Positions 12,497 through 28,300 of a stretch of 64,000 nt of DNA are shown here, in pieces; position 1 is the first letter of the stretch, and each line of letters starts with the position of its first letter. The notes beneath the pieces were generated by a model. That model saw only the letters and a program-made list of their open reading frames with translations, was not told where the DNA came from and did no database searches. The stretch is from Auanema rhodensis. Lineage: Eukaryota > Animalia > Nematoda. The translations under genes and the position numbers were made by a program. Location: NCBI GenBank assembly GCA_964057225.1, contig OZ059897.1:22754001-22818000 (forward strand), in the 5' to 3' direction.

Positions 12497-13904
12497 CTTT
12501 CACGTGAAGCGAGTTACATACCAAGTGCACATCACGTGTACATTTAATTAGCATAAATTAAAGTTCACGTAAATTTCAAAGTCATGGTTACCATGAACCA
12601 ATATCAATAAAAATTTGTTTTTAGACTAATATGAACATGGGGAATCTAATTTTGAAAACCGCATCTCTTTATCTTTCACGTGAAGCGAGTTACATACCAA
12701 GTGCACATCACGTGTACATTTAATTAGCATAAATTAAAGTTCACGTAAATTTCAAAGTCATGGTTACCATGAACCAATATCAATAAAAATTTGTTTTTAG
12801 ACTAATATGGACATGGGGAATCTAAATTTGAAAACCGCATTTCTTTATCTTTCACGTGAAGCGAGTTACATACCAAGTGCACATCACGTGTACATTTAAT
12901 TAGCATAAATTAAAGTTCACGTAAAATTCAAAGTCATGGTTACCATGCACCAATATCAATAAAAATTTGTTTTTAGACTAATATGGACATGGGGAATCTA
13001 ATTTTGAAAACCGCATCTCTTTATCTTTCACGTGAAGCGAGTTACATACAAAGTGCACATCACGTGTACATTTAATTAGCATAAATTAAAGTTCACGTAA
13101 ATTTCAAAGTCATGGTTACCATGAACCAATATCAATAAAAATTTGTTTTTAGACTAATATGGACATGGGGAATCTAATTTTGAAAATCGCATCTCTTTAT
13201 CTTTCACGTGAAGCGAGTTACATACCAAGTGCACATCACGTGTACATTTAATTAGCATAAATTAAAGTTCACGTAAATTTCAAAGTCATGGTTACCATGA
13301 ACCAATATCAATAAAAATTTGTTTTTAGACTAATATGAACATGGGGAATCTAATTTTGAAAACCGCATCTCTTTATCTTTCACGTGAAGCGAGTTACATA
13401 CCAAGTGCACATCACGTGTACATTTAATTAGCATAAATTAAAGTTCACGTAAATTTCAAAGTCATGGTTACCATGAACCAATATCAATAAAAATTTGTTT
13501 TTAGACTAATATGGACATGGGGAATCTAATTTTGAAAACCGCATTTCTTTATCTTTCACGTGAAGCGAGTTACATACCAAGTGCACATCACGTGTACATT
13601 TAATTAGCATAAATTAAAGTTCACGTAAAATTCAAAGTCATGGTTACCATGCACCAATATCAATAAAAATTTGTTTTTAGACTAATATGGACATGGGGAA
13701 TCTAATTTTGAAAACCGCATCTCTTTATCTTTCACGTGAAGCGAGTTACATACCAAGTGCACATCACGTGTACATTTAATTAGCATAAATTAAAGTTCAC
13801 GTAAATTTCAAAGTCATGGTTACCATGAACCAATATCAATAAAAATTTGTTTTTAGACTAATATGGACATGGGGAATCTAATTTTGAAAACCGCATCTCT
13901 TTAT
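12497..13904 (+). repeat. 4-monomer HOR (704 bp) x2
   Basis: G138A, C169T and T78A monomers at 12497/12673/12849 recur at 13201/13377/13553. Confidence 0.85.
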
Positions 13905-14432
13905 CTTTCACGTGAAGCGAGTTACATACCAAGTGCAGATCACGTGTACATTTAATTAGCATAAATTAAAGTTCACGTAAAATTCAAAGTCATGGTTACC
14001 ATGCACCAATATCAATAAAAATTTGTTTTTAGACTAATATGGACATGGGGAATCTAATTTTGAAAACCGCATCTCTTCATCTTTCACGTGAAGCGAGTTA
14101 CATACCAAGTGCACATCACGTGTACATTTAATTAGCATAAATTAAAGTTCACGTAAATTTCAAAGTCATGGTTACCATGAACCAATATCAATAAAAATTT
14201 GTTTTTAGACTAATATGGACATGGGGAATCTAATTTTGAAAACCGCATCTCTTTATCTTTCACGTGAAGCGAGTTACATACCAAGTGCACATCACGTGTA
14301 CATTTAATTAGCATAAATTAAAGTTCACGTAAATTTCAAAGTCATGGTTACCATGAAGCAATATCAATAAAAATTTGTTTTTAGACTAATATGGATATGG
14401 GGAATCTAATTTTGAAAACCGCATCTCTTTAT

Positions 14433-17400
14433 CTTTCACGTGAAGCGAGTTACATACCAAGTGCACATCACGTGTACATTTAATTAGCATAAATTAAAGT
14501 TCACGTAAATTTCAAAGTCATGGTTACCATGAACTAATATCAATAAAAATTTGTTTTTAGACTAATATGGACATGGGAAATCTAATTTTGAAAACCGCAT
14601 CTCTTTATCTTTCACGTGAAGCGAGTTACATACCAAGTGCACATCACGTGTACATTTAATTAGCATAAATTAAAGTTCACGTAAATTTCAAAGTCATGGT
14701 TACCATGAACCAATATCAATAAAAATTTATTTTTAGACTAATATGGACATGAGGAATCTAATTTTGAAAACCGCATCTCTTTATCTTTCACGTGAAGCGA
14801 GTTACATACCAAGTGCACATCACGTGTACATTTAATTAGCATAAATTAAAGTTCACGTAAATTTCAAAGTCATGGTTACCATGAACCAATATCAATAACA
14901 ATTTGTTTTTAGACTAATATGGACATGGGGAATCTAATTTTGAAAATCGCATCTCTTTATCTTTCACGTGAAGCGAGTTACATACCAAGTGCACATCACG
15001 TGTACATTTAATTAGCATAAATTAAAGTTCACGTAAAATTCAAAGTCATGGTTACCATGAACCAATATCAATAAAAATTTGTTTTTAGACTAATGTGGAC
15101 ATGGGGAATCTAACTTTGAAAACCGCATCTCTTTATCTTTCACGTGAAGCGAGTTACATACCAAGTGCACATCACGTGTACATTTAATTAGCATAAATTA
15201 AAGTTCACGTAAATTTCAAAGTCATGGTTACCATGAACTAATATCAATAAAAATTTGTTTTTAGACTAATATGGACATGGGAAATCTAATTTTGAAAACC
15301 GCATCTCTTTATCTTTCACGTGAAGCGAGTTACATACCAAGTGCACATCACGTGTACATTTAATTAGCATAAATTAAAGTTCACGTAAATTTCAAAGTCA
15401 TGGTTACCATGAACCAATATCAATAAAAATTTATTTTTAGACTAATATGGACATGAGGAATCTAATTTTGAAAACCGCATCTCTTTATCTTTCACGTGAA
15501 GCGAGTTACATACCAAGTGCACATCACGTGTACATTTAATTAGCATAAATTAAAGTTCACGTAAATTTCAAAGTCATGGTTACCATGAACCAATATCAAT
15601 AAAAATTTGTTTTTAGACTAATATGGACATGGGGAATCTAATTTTGAAAATCGCATCTCTTTATCTTTCACGTGAAGCGAGTTACATACCAAGTGCACAT
15701 CACGTGTACATTTAATTAGCATAAATTAAAGTTCACGTAAAATTCAAAGTCATGGTTACCATGCACCAATATCAATAAAAATTTGTTTTTAGACTAATAT
15801 GGACATGGGGAATCTAATTTTGAAAACCGCATCTCTTTATCTTTCACGTGAAGCGAGTTACATACCAAGTGCACATCACGTGTACATTTAATTAGCATAA
15901 ATTAAAGTTCACGTAAATTTCAAAGTCATGGTTACCATGAACCAATATCAATAAAAATTTGTTTTTAGACTAATATGGACATGGGGAATCTAATTTTGAA
16001 AACCGCATCTCTTTATCTTTCACGTGAAGCGAGTTACATACCAAGTGCACATCACGTGTACATTTAATTAGCATAAATTAAAGTTCACGTAAATTTCAAA
16101 GTCATGGTTACCATGAACTAATATCAATAAAAATTTGTTTTTAGACTAATATGGACATGGGGAATCTAATTTTGAAAACCGCATCTCTTTATCTTTCACG
16201 TGAAGCGAGTTACATACCAAGTGCACATCACGTGTACATTTAATTAGCATAAATTAAAGTTCACGTAAATTTCAAAGTCATGGTTACCATGAACCAATAT
16301 CAATAAAAATTTGTTTTTAGACTAATATGGACATGGGGAATCTAATTTTGAAAACCGCATCTCTTTATCTTTCACGTGAAGCGAGTTACATACCAAGTGC
16401 ACATCACGTGTACATTTAATTAGCATAAATTAAAGTTCACGTAAATTTCAAAGTCATGGTTACCATGCACCAATATCAATAAAAATTTGTTTTTAGACTA
16501 ATGTGGACATGGGGAATCTAACTTTGAAAACCGCATCTCTTTATCTTTCACGTGAAGCGAGTTACATACCAAGTGCACATCACGTGTACATTTAATTAGC
16601 ATAAATTAAAGTTCACGTAAATTTCAAAGTCATGGTTACCATGAACTAATATCAATAAAAATTTGTTTTTAGACTAATATGGACATGGGAAATCTAATTT
16701 TGAAAACCGCATCTCTTTATCTTTCACGTGAAGCGAGTTACATACCAAGTGCACATCACGTGTACATTTAATTAGCATAAATTAAAGTTCACGTAAATTT
16801 CAAAGTCATGGTTACCATGAACCAATATCAATAAAAATTTATTTTTAGACTAATATGGACATGAGGAATCTAATTTTGAAAACCGCATCTCTTTATCTTT
16901 CACGTGAAGCGAGTTACATACCAAGTGCACATCACGTGTACATTTAATTAGCATAAATTAAAGTTCACGTAAATTTCAAAGTCATGGTTACCATGAACCA
17001 ATATCAATAAAAATTTGTTTTTAGACTAATATGGACATGGGGAATCTAATTTTGAAAATCGCATCTCTTTATCTTTCACGTGAAGCGAGTTACATACCAA
17101 GTGCACATCACGTGTACATTTAATTAGCATAAATTAAAGTTCACGTAAAATTCAAAGTCATGGTTACCATGCACCAATATCAATAAAAATTTGTTTTTAG
17201 ACTAATATGGACATGGGGAATCTAATTTTGTAAACCGCATCTCTTTATCTTTCACGTGAAGCGAGTTACATACCAAGTGCACATCACGTGTACATTTAAT
17301 TAGCATAAATTAAAGTTCACGTAAATTTCAAAGTCATGGTTACCATGAACCAATATCAATAAAAATTTGTTTTTAGACTAATATGGACATGGGGAATCTA

Positions 17401-19008
17401 ATTTTGAAAACCGCATCTCTTTATCTTTCACGTGAAGCGAGTTACATACCAAGTGCACATCACGTGTACATTTAATTAGCATAAATTAAAGTTCACGTAA
17501 ATTTCAAAGTCATGGTTACCATGAACTAATATCAATAAAAATTTGTTTTTAGACTAATATGGACATGGGGAATCTAATTTTGAAAACCGCATCTCTTTAT
17601 CTTTCACGTGAAGCGAGTTACATACCAAGTGCACATCACGTGTACATTTAATTAGCATAAATTAAAGTTCACGTAAATTTCAAAGTCATGGTTACCATGA
17701 ACCAATATCAATAAAAATTTGTTTTTAGACTAATATGGATATGGGGAATCTAATTTTGAAAACCGCATCTCTTTATCTTTCACGTGAAGCGAGTTACATA
17801 CCAAGTGCACATCACGTGTACATTTAATTAGCATAAATTAAAGTTCACGTAAATTTCAAAGTCATGGTTACCATGAACCAATATCAATAAAAATTTGTTT
17901 TTAGACTAATGTGGACATGGGGAATCTAACTTTGAAAACCGCATCTCTTTATCTTTCACGTGAAGCGAGTTACATACCAAGTGCACATCACGTGTACATT
18001 TAATTAGCATAAATTAAAGTTCACGTAAATTTCAAAGTCATGGTTACCATGAACCAATATCAATAAAAATTTGTTTTTAGACTAATATGGACATGGGGAA
18101 TCTAATTTTGAAAACCGCATCTCTTTATCTTTCACGTGAAGCGAGTTACATACCAAGTGCACATCACGTGTACATTTAATTAGCATAAATTAAAGTTCAC
18201 GTAAATTTCAAAGTCATGGTTACCATGAACTAATATCAATAAAAATTTGTTTTTAGACTAATATGGACATGGGGAATCTAATTTTGAAAACCGCATCTCT
18301 TTATCTTTCACGTGAAGCGAGTTACATACCAAGTGCACATCACGTGTACATTTAATTAGCATAAATTAAAGTTCACGTAAATTTCAAAGTCATGGTTACC
18401 ATGAACTAATATCAATAAAAATTTGTTTTTAGACTAATATGGACATGGGGAATCTAATTTTGAAAACCGCATCTCTTTATCTTTCACGTGAAGCGAGTTA
18501 CATACCAAGTGCACATCACGTGTACATTTAATTAGCATAAATTAAAGTTCACGTAAATTTCAAAGTCATGGTTACCATGAACCAATATCAATAAAAATTT
18601 GTTTTTAGACTAATATGGATATGGGGAATCTAATTTTGAAAACCGCATCTCTTTATCTTTCACGTGAAGCGAGTTACATACCAAGTGCACATCACGTGTA
18701 CATTTAATTAGCATAAATTAAAGTTCACGTAAATTTCAAAGTCATGGTTACCATGAACCAATATCAATAAAAATTTGTTTTTAGACTAATGTGGACATGG
18801 GGAATCTAACTTTGAAAACCGCATCTCTTTATCTTTCACGTGAAGCGAGTTACATACCAAGTGCACATCACGTGTACATTTAATTAGCATAAATTAAAGT
18901 TCACGTAAATTTCAAAGTCATGGTTACCATGAACCAATATCAATAAAAATTTGTTTTTAGACTAATATGGACATGGGGAATCTAATTTTGAAAACCGCAT
19001 CTCTTTAT
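14433..19008 (+). repeat. Nested 4-, 8- and 5-monomer HORs
   Basis: Block (C103T+G146A; G121A+G144A; C163T; T78A) starts at 14433, 15137 (+704) and 16545 (+1408). Block (C103T; C140T; A135G+T154C) starts at 17425 and 18305 (+880). Confidence 0.82.
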
Positions 19009-19184
19009 CTTTCACGTGAAGCGAGTTACATACCAAGTGCACATCACGTGTACATTTAATTAGCATAAATTAAAGTTCACGTAAATTTCAAAGTCATGGT
19101 TACCATGCACCAATATCAATAAAAATTTGTTTTTAGACTAATATGGACATGGGGAATCTAATTTTGAAAACCGCATCTCTTTAT

Positions 19185-22100
19185 CTTTCACATGAAGCGA
19201 GTTACATACCAAGTGCACATCACGTGTACATTTAATTAGCATAAATTAAAGTTCACGTAAATTTCAAAGTCATGGTTACCATGAACCAATATCAATAAAA
19301 ATTTGTTTTTAGACTAATATGGACATGGGGAATCTAATTTTGAAAACCGCATCTCTTTATCTTTCACGTGAAGCGAGTTACATACCAAGTGCACATCACG
19401 TATACATTTAATTAGCATAAATTAAAGTTCACGTAAATTTCAAAGTCATGGTTACCATGAACCAATATCAATAAAAATTTGTTTTCAGACTAATATGGAC
19501 ATGGGGAATCTAGTTTTGAAAACCGCATCTCTTTATCTTTCACGTGAAGCGAGTTACATACCAAGTGCACATCACGTGTACATTTAATTAGCATAAATTA
19601 AAATTCACGTAAATTTCAAAGTCATGGTTACCATGCACCAATATCAATAAAAATTTGTTTTAAACTAATATGGACATGGGGAATCTAATTTTGAAAACCG
19701 CATCTCTTTATGTTTCACGTGAAGCGAGTTACATACCAAGTGCACATCACGTGTACATTTAATTAGCATAAATTAAAGTTCACGTAAATTTCAAAGTCAT
19801 GGTTACCATGCACCAATATCAATAAAAATTTGTTTTTAGACTAATATGGACATGGGGAATCTAATTTTAAAAAACCGCATCTCTTTATCTTTCACGTGAA
19901 GCGAGTTACATACCAAGTGCACATCACGTGTACATTTAATTAGCATAAATTAAAATTCACGTAAATTTCAAAGTCATGGTTACCATGCACCAATATCAAT
20001 AAAAATTTGTTTTTAAACTAATATGGACATGGGGAATCTAATTTTGAAAACCGCATCTCTTTATCTTTCACGTGAAGCGAGTTACATACCAAGTGCACAT
20101 CACGTGTACATTAAATTAGCATAAATAAAAGTTCACGTAAATTTCAAAGTCATGGTTACCATGAACCAATATCAATAAAAATTTGTTTTTAGACTAATAT
20201 GGACATGGGGAATCTAATTTTGAAAACCGCATCTCTTTATCTTTCACGTGAAGCGAGTTACATACCAAGTGCACATCACGTGTACATTTAATTAGCATAA
20301 ATTAAAGTTCACGTAAATTTCAAAGTCATGGTTACCATGCACCAATATCAATAAAAATTTGGTTTTAAACTAATATGGACATGGGGAATCCAATTTTGAA
20401 AACCGCATCTCTTTATCTTTCACGTGAAGCGAGTTACATACCAAGTGCACATCACGTGTACATTTAATTAGCATAAATTAAAGTTCACGTAAATTTCAAA
20501 GTCATGGTTACCATGAACCAATATCAATAAAAATTTGTTTTTAGACTAATATGGACATGGGGAATCTAATTTTGAAAACCGCATCTCTTTATCTTTCACG
20601 TGAAGCGAGTTACATACCAAGTGCACATCACGTGTACATTTAATTAGCATAAATTAAAGTTCACGTAAATTTCAAAGTCATGGTTACCATGCACCAATAT
20701 CAATAAAAATTTGTTTTTAAACTAATATGGACATGGGGAATCTAATTTTGAAAACCGCATCTCTTTATCTTTCACGTGAAGCGAGTTACATACCAAGTGC
20801 ACATCACGTGTACATTTAATTAGCATAAATTAAAGTTCACGTAAATTTCAAAGTCATGGTTACCATGCACCAATATCAATAAAAATTTGTTTTTAGACTA
20901 ATATGGACATGGGGAATCTAATTTTGAAAACCGCATCTCTTTATCTTTCACATGAAGCGAGTTACATACCAAGTGCACATCACGTGTACATTAAATTAGC
21001 ATAAATAAAAGTTCACGTAAATTTCAAAGTCATGGTTACCATGAACCAATATCAATAAAAATTTGTTTTTAGACTAATATGGACATGGGGAATCTAATTT
21101 TGAAAACCGCATCTCTTTATCTTTCACGTGAAGCGAGTTACATACCAAGTGCACATCACGTGTACATTTAATTAGCATAAATTAAAGTTCACGTAAATTT
21201 CAAAGTCATGGTTACCATGCACCAATATCAATAAAAATTTGTTTTTAGACTAATATGGACATGGGGAATCTAATTTTGAAAACCGCATCTCTTTATCTTT
21301 CACGTGAAGCGAGTTACATACCAAGTGCACATCACGTATACATTTAATTAGCATAAATTAAAGTTCACGTAAATTTCAAAGTCATGGTTACCATGAACCA
21401 ATATCAATAAAAATTTGTTTTCAGACTAATATGGACATGGGGAATCTAGTTTTGAAAACCGCATCTCTTTATCTTTCACGTGAAGCGAGTTACATACCAA
21501 GTGCACATCACGTGTACATTTAATTAGCATAAATTAAAATTCACGTAAATTTCAAAGTCATGGTTACCATGCACCAATATCAATAAAAATTTGTTTTAAA
21601 CTAATATGGACATGGGGAATCTAATTTTGAAAACCGCATCTCTTTATCTTTCACGTGAAGCGAGTTACATACCAAGTGCACATCACGTGTACATTTAATT
21701 AGCATAAATAAAAGTTCACGTAAATTTCAAAGTCATGGTTACCATGAACCAATATCAATAAAAATTTGTTTTTAGACTAATATGGACATGGGGAATCTAA
21801 TTTTGAAAACCGCATCTCTTTATCTTTCACGTGAAGCGAGTTACATACCAAGTGCACATCACGTGTACATTTAATTAGCATAAATTAAAGTTCACTTAAA
21901 TTTCAAAGTCATGGTTACCATGCACCAATATCAATAAAAATTTGTTTTTAAACTAATATGGACATGGGGAATCTAATTTTGAAAACCGCATCTCTTTATC
22001 TTTCACGTGAAGCGAGTTACATACCAAGTGCACATCACGTGTACATTTAATTAGCATAAATTAAAGTTCACGTAAATTTCAAAGTCATGGTTACCATGCA

Positions 22101-24111
22101 CCAATATCAATAAAAATTTGTTTTTAGACTAATATGGACATGGGGAATCTAATTTTAAAAAACCGCATCTCTTTATCTTTCACGTGAAGCGAGTTACATA
22201 CCAAGTGCACATCACGTGTACATTTAATTAGCATAAATTAAAATTCACGTAAATTTCAAAGTCATGGTTACCATGCACCAATATCAATAAAAATTTGTTT
22301 TTAAACTAATATGGACATGGGGAATCTAATTTTGAAAACCGCATCTCTTTATCTTTCACGTGAAGCGAGTTACATACCAAGTGCACATCACGTGTACATT
22401 AAATTAGCATAAATAAAAGTTCACGTAAATTTCAAAGTCATGGTTACCATGAACCAATATCAATAAAAATTTGTTTTTAGACTAATATGGACATGGGGAA
22501 TCTAATTTTGAAAACCGCATCTCTTTATCTTTCACGTGAAGCGAGTTACATACCAAGTGCACATCACGTGTACATTTAATTAGCATAAATTAAAGTTCAC
22601 GTAAATTTCAAAGTCATGGTTACCATGCACCAATATCAATAAAAATTTGTTTTTAAACTAATATGGACATGGGGAATCCAATTTTGAAAACCGCATCTCT
22701 TTATCTTTCACGTGAAGCGAGTTACATACCAAGTGCACATCACGTGTACATTTAATTAGCATAAATTAAAGTTCACGTAAATTTCAAAGTCATGGTTACC
22801 ATGAACCAATATCAATAAAAATTTGTTTTTAGACTAATATGGACATGGGGAATCTAATTTTGAAAACCGCATCTCTTTATCTTTCACGTGAAGCGAGTTA
22901 CATACCAAGTGCACATCACGTGTACATTTAATTAGCATAAATTAAAGTTCACGTAAATTTCAAAGTCATGGTTACCATGCACCAATATCAATAAAAATTT
23001 GTTTTTAAACTAATATGGACATGGGGAATCTAATTTTGAAAACCGCATCTCTTTATCTTTCACGTGAAGCGAGTTACATACCAAGTGCACATCACGTGTA
23101 CATTTAATTAGCATAAATTAAAGTTCACGTAAATTTCAAAGTCATGGTTACCATGCACCAATATCAATAAAAATTTGTTTTTAGACTAATATGGACATGG
23201 GGAATCTAATTTTGAAAACCGCATCTCTTTATCTTTCACATGAAGCGAGTTACATACCAAGTGCACATCACGTGTACATTTAATTAGCATAAATTAAAGT
23301 TCACGTAAATTTCAAAGTCATGGTTACCATGAACCAATATCAATAAAAATTTGTTTTTAGACTAATATGGACATGGGGAATCTAATTTTGAAAACCGCAT
23401 CTCTTTATCTTTCACGTGAAGCGAGTTACATACCAAGTGCACATCACGTATACATTTAATTAGCATAAATTAAAGTTCACGTAAATTTCAAAGTCATGGT
23501 TACCATGAACCAATATCAATAAAAATTTGTTTTCAGACTAATATGGACATGGGGAATCTAGTTTTGAAAACCGCATCTCTTTATCTTTCACGTGAAGCGA
23601 GTTACATACCAAGTGCACATCACGTGTACATTTAATTAGCATAAATTAAAATTCACGTAAATTTCAAAGTCATGGTTACCATGCACCAATATCAATAAAA
23701 ATTTGTTTTAAACTAATATGGACATGGGGAATCTAATTTTGAAAACCGCATCTCTTTATCTTTCACGTGAAGCGAGTTACATACCAAGTGCACATCACGT
23801 GTACATTTAATTAGCATAAATAAAAGTTCACGTAAATTTCAAAGTCATGGTTACCATGAACCAATATCAATAAAAATTTGTTTTTAGACTAATATGGACA
23901 TGGGGAATCTAATTTTGAAAACCGCATCTCTTTATCTTTCACGTGAAGCGAGTTACATACCAAGTGCACATCACGTGTACATTTAATTAGCATAAATTAA
24001 AGTTCACGTAAATTTCAAAGTCATGGTTACCATGAACCAATATCAATAAAAATTTGTTTTTAGACTAATATGGACATGGGGAATCTAATTTTGAAAACCG
24101 CATCTCTTTAT
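19185..24111 (+). repeat. Variable 11-13-monomer HOR carrying 175-bp and 177-bp monomers
   Basis: A G42A+T126C+A153G monomer followed by a G67A/1-bp-deletion monomer at 19361, 21297 and 23409. The insertion cassette starts at 19712 and 22000 (+2288). Confidence 0.78.
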
Positions 24112-25343
24112 CTTTCACGTGAAGCGAGTTACATACCAAGTGCACATCACGTGTACATTTAATTAGCATAAATTAAAGTTCACGTAAATTTCAAAGTCAT
24201 GGTTACCATGCACCAATATCAATAAAAATTTGTTTTTAAACTAATATGGACATGGGGAATCTAATTTTGAAAACCGCATCTCTTTATCTTTCACGTGAAG
24301 CGAGTTACATACCAAGTGCACATCACGTGTACATTTAATTAGCATAAATTAAAGTTCACGTAAATTTCAAAGTCATGGTTACCATGCACCAATATCAATA
24401 AAAATTTGTTTTTAGACTAATATGGACATGGGGAATCTAATTTTGAAAACCGCATCTCTTTATCTTTCACATGAAGCGAGTTACATACCAAGTGCACATC
24501 ACGTGTACATTTAATCAGCATAAATTAAAGTTCACGTAAATTTCAAAGTCATGGTTACCATGAACCAATATCAATAAAAATTTGTTTTTAGACTAATATG
24601 GACATGGGGAATCTAATTTTGAAAACCGCATCTCTTTATCTTTCACGTGAAGCGAGTTACATACCAAGTGCACATCACGTATACATTTAATTAGCATAAA
24701 TTAAAGTTCACGTAAATTTCAAAGTCATGGTTACCATGAACCAATATCAATAAAAATTTGTTTTTAGACTAATATGGACATGGGGAATCTAATTTTGAAA
24801 ACCGAATCTCTTTATCTTTCACGTGAAGCGAGTTACATACCAAGTGCACATCACGTGTACATTTAATTAGCATAAATTAAAGTTCACGTAAATTTCAAAG
24901 TCATGGTTACCATGCACCAATATCAATAAAAATTTGTTTTTAGACTAATATGGACATGGGGAATCTAATTTTGAAAACCGAATCTTTTTATCTTTCACGT
25001 GAAGCGAGTTACATACCAAGTGCACATCACGTGTACATTTAATTAGCATAAATTAAAGTTCACGTAAATTTCAAAGTCATGGTTACCATGAACCAATATC
25101 AATAAAAATTTGTTTTCAGACTAATATGGACATGGGGAATCTAATTTTGAAAACCGCATCTCTTTATCTTTCACGTGAAGCGAGTTACATACCAAGTGCA
25201 CATCACGTGTACATTTAATTAGCATAAATTAAAGTTCACGTAAATTTCAAAGTCATGGTTACCATGAACCAATATCAATAAAAATTTGTTTTTAGACTAA
25301 TATGGACATGGGGAATCTAATTTTGAAAACCGCATCTCTTTAT

Positions 25344-28300
25344 CTTTCACGTGACGCGAGTTACATACCAAGTGCACATCACGTGTACATTTAATTAGCA
25401 TAAATTAAAGTTCACGTAAATTTCAAAGTCATGGTTACCATGAACCAATATCAATAAAAATTTGTTTTTAGACTAATATGGACATGGGGAATCTAATTTT
25501 GAAAACCGCATCTCTTTATCTTTCACGTGAAGCGAGTTACATACCAAGTGCACATCACGTGTACATTTAATTAGCATAAATTAAAGTTCACGTAAAATTC
25601 AAAGTCATGGTTACCATGCACCAATATCAATAAAAATTTGTTTTTAGACTAATATGGACATGGGGAATCTAATTTTGAAAACCGCATCTCTTTATCTTTC
25701 ACGTGAAGCGAGTTACATACCAAGTGCACATCACGTGTACATTTAATTAGCATAAATTAAAGTTCACGTAAATTTCAAAGTCATGGTTACCATGAACCAA
25801 TATCAATAAAAATTTGTTTTTAGACTAATATGGACATGGGGAATCTAATTTTGAAAACCGCATCTCTTTATCTTTCACGTGAAGCAAGTTACATACCAAG
25901 TGCACATCACGTGTACATTTAATTAGCATAAATTAAAGTTCACGTAAATTTCAAAGTCATGGTTACCATGAACTAATATCAATAAAAATTTGTTTTTAGA
26001 CTAATATGGACATGGGGAATCTAATTTTGAAAACCGCATCTCTTTATCTTTCACGTGAAGCGAGTTACATACCAAGTGCACATCACGTGTACATTTAATT
26101 AGCATAAATTAAAGTTCACGTAAATTTCAAAGTCATGGTTACCATGAACCAATATCAATAAAAATTTGTTTTTAGACTAATATGGATATGGGGAATCTAA
26201 TTTTGAAAACCGCATCTCTTTATCTTTCACGTGAAGCGAGTTACATACCAAGTGCACATCACGTGTACATTTAATTAGCATAAATTAAAGTTCACGTAAA
26301 TTTCAAAGTCATGGTTACCATGAACCAATATCAATAAAAATTTGTTTTTAGACTAATGTGGACATGGGGAATCTAACTTTGAAAACCGCATCTCTTTATC
26401 TTTCACGTGAAGCGAGTTACATACCAAGTGCACATCACGTGTACATTTAATTAGCATAAATTAAAGTTCACGTAAATTTCAAAGTCATGGTTACCATGAA
26501 CCAATATCAATAAAAATTTGTTTTTAGACTAATATGGACATGGGGAATCTAATTTTGAAAACCGCATCTCTTTATCTTTCACGTGAAGCGAGTTACATAC
26601 CAAGTGCACATCACGTGTACATTTAATTAGCATAAATTAAAGTTCACGTAAATTTCAAAGTCATGGTTACCATGCACCAATATCAATAAAAATTTGTTTT
26701 TAGACTAATATGGACATGGGGAATCTAATTTTGAAAACCGCATCTCTTTATCTTTCACGTGAAGCGAGTTACATACCAAGTGCACATCACGTGTACATTT
26801 AATTAGCATAAATTAAAGTTCACGTAAAATTCAAAGTCATGGTTACCATGCACCAATATCAATAAAAATTTGTTTTTAGACTAATATGGACATGGGGAAT
26901 CTAATTTTGAAAACCGCATCTCTTCATCTTTCACGTGAAGCGAGTTACATACCAAGTGCCCATCACGTGTACATTTAATTAGCATAAATTAAAGTTCACG
27001 TAAATTTCAAAGTCATGGTTACCATGCACCAATATCAATAAAAATTTGTTTTTAGACTAATATGGACATGGGGAATCTAATTTTGAAAACCGCATCTCTT
27101 TATCTTTCACGTGAAGCGAGTTACATACCAAGTGCACATCACGTGTACATTTAATTAGCATAAATTAAAGTTCACGTAAATTTCAAAGTCATGGTTACCA
27201 TGCACCAATATCAATAAAAATTTGTTTTTAGACTAATATGGACATGGGGAATCTAATTTTGAAAACCGCATCTCTTTATCTTTCACGTGAAGCGAGTTAC
27301 ATACCAAGTGCACATCACGTGTACATTTAATTAGCATAAATTAAAGTTCACGTAAATTTCAAAGTCATGGTTACCATGCACCAATATCAATAAAAATTTG
27401 TTTTTAGACTAATATGGACATGGGGAATCTAATTTTAAAAAACCGCATCTCTTTATCTTTCACGTGAAGCGAGTTACATACCAAGTGCACATCACGTGTA
27501 CATTTAATTAGCATAAATTAAAATTCACGTAAATTTCAAAGTCATGGTTACCATGCACCAATATCAATAAAAATTTGTTTTTAAACTAATATGGACATGG
27601 GGAATCTAATTTTGAAAACCGCATCTCTTTATCTTTCACGTGAAGCGAGTTACATACCAAGTGCACATCACGTGTACATTAAATTAGCATAAATAAAAGT
27701 TCACGTAAATTTCAAAGTCATGGTTACCATGAACCAATATCAATAAAAATTTGTTTTTAGACTAATATGGACATGGGGAATCTAATTTTGAAAACCGCAT
27801 CTCTTTATCTTTCACGTGAAGCGAGTTACATACCAAGTGCACATCACGTGTACATTTAATTAGCATAAATTAAAGTTCACGTAAATTTCAAAGTCATGGT
27901 TACCATGCACCAATATCAATAAAAATTTGTTTTTAAACTAATATGGACATGGGGAATCCAATTTTGAAAACCGCATCTCTTTATCTTTCACGTGAAGCGA
28001 GTTACATACCAAGTGCACATCACGTGTACATTTAATTAGCATAAATTAAAGTTCACGTAAATTTCAAAGTCATGGTTACCATGAACCAATATCAATAAAA
28101 ATTTGTTTTTAGACTAATATAGACATGGGGAATCTAATTTTGAAAACCGCATCTCTTTATCTTTCACGTGAAGCGAGTTACATACCAAGTGCACATCACG
28201 TGTACATTTAATTAGCATAAATTAAAGTTCACGTAAATTTCAAAGTCATGGTTACCATGAACCAATATCAATAAAAATTTGTTTTTAGACTAATATGGAC

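Noticed and set aside
20113-20127. T49A+T63A as compensatory changes in the 47-66 hairpin
   Set aside because: The two positions are not pairing partners (49 pairs with 64, 63 with 50), so both changes disrupt the stem; there is no covariation support for a structure.
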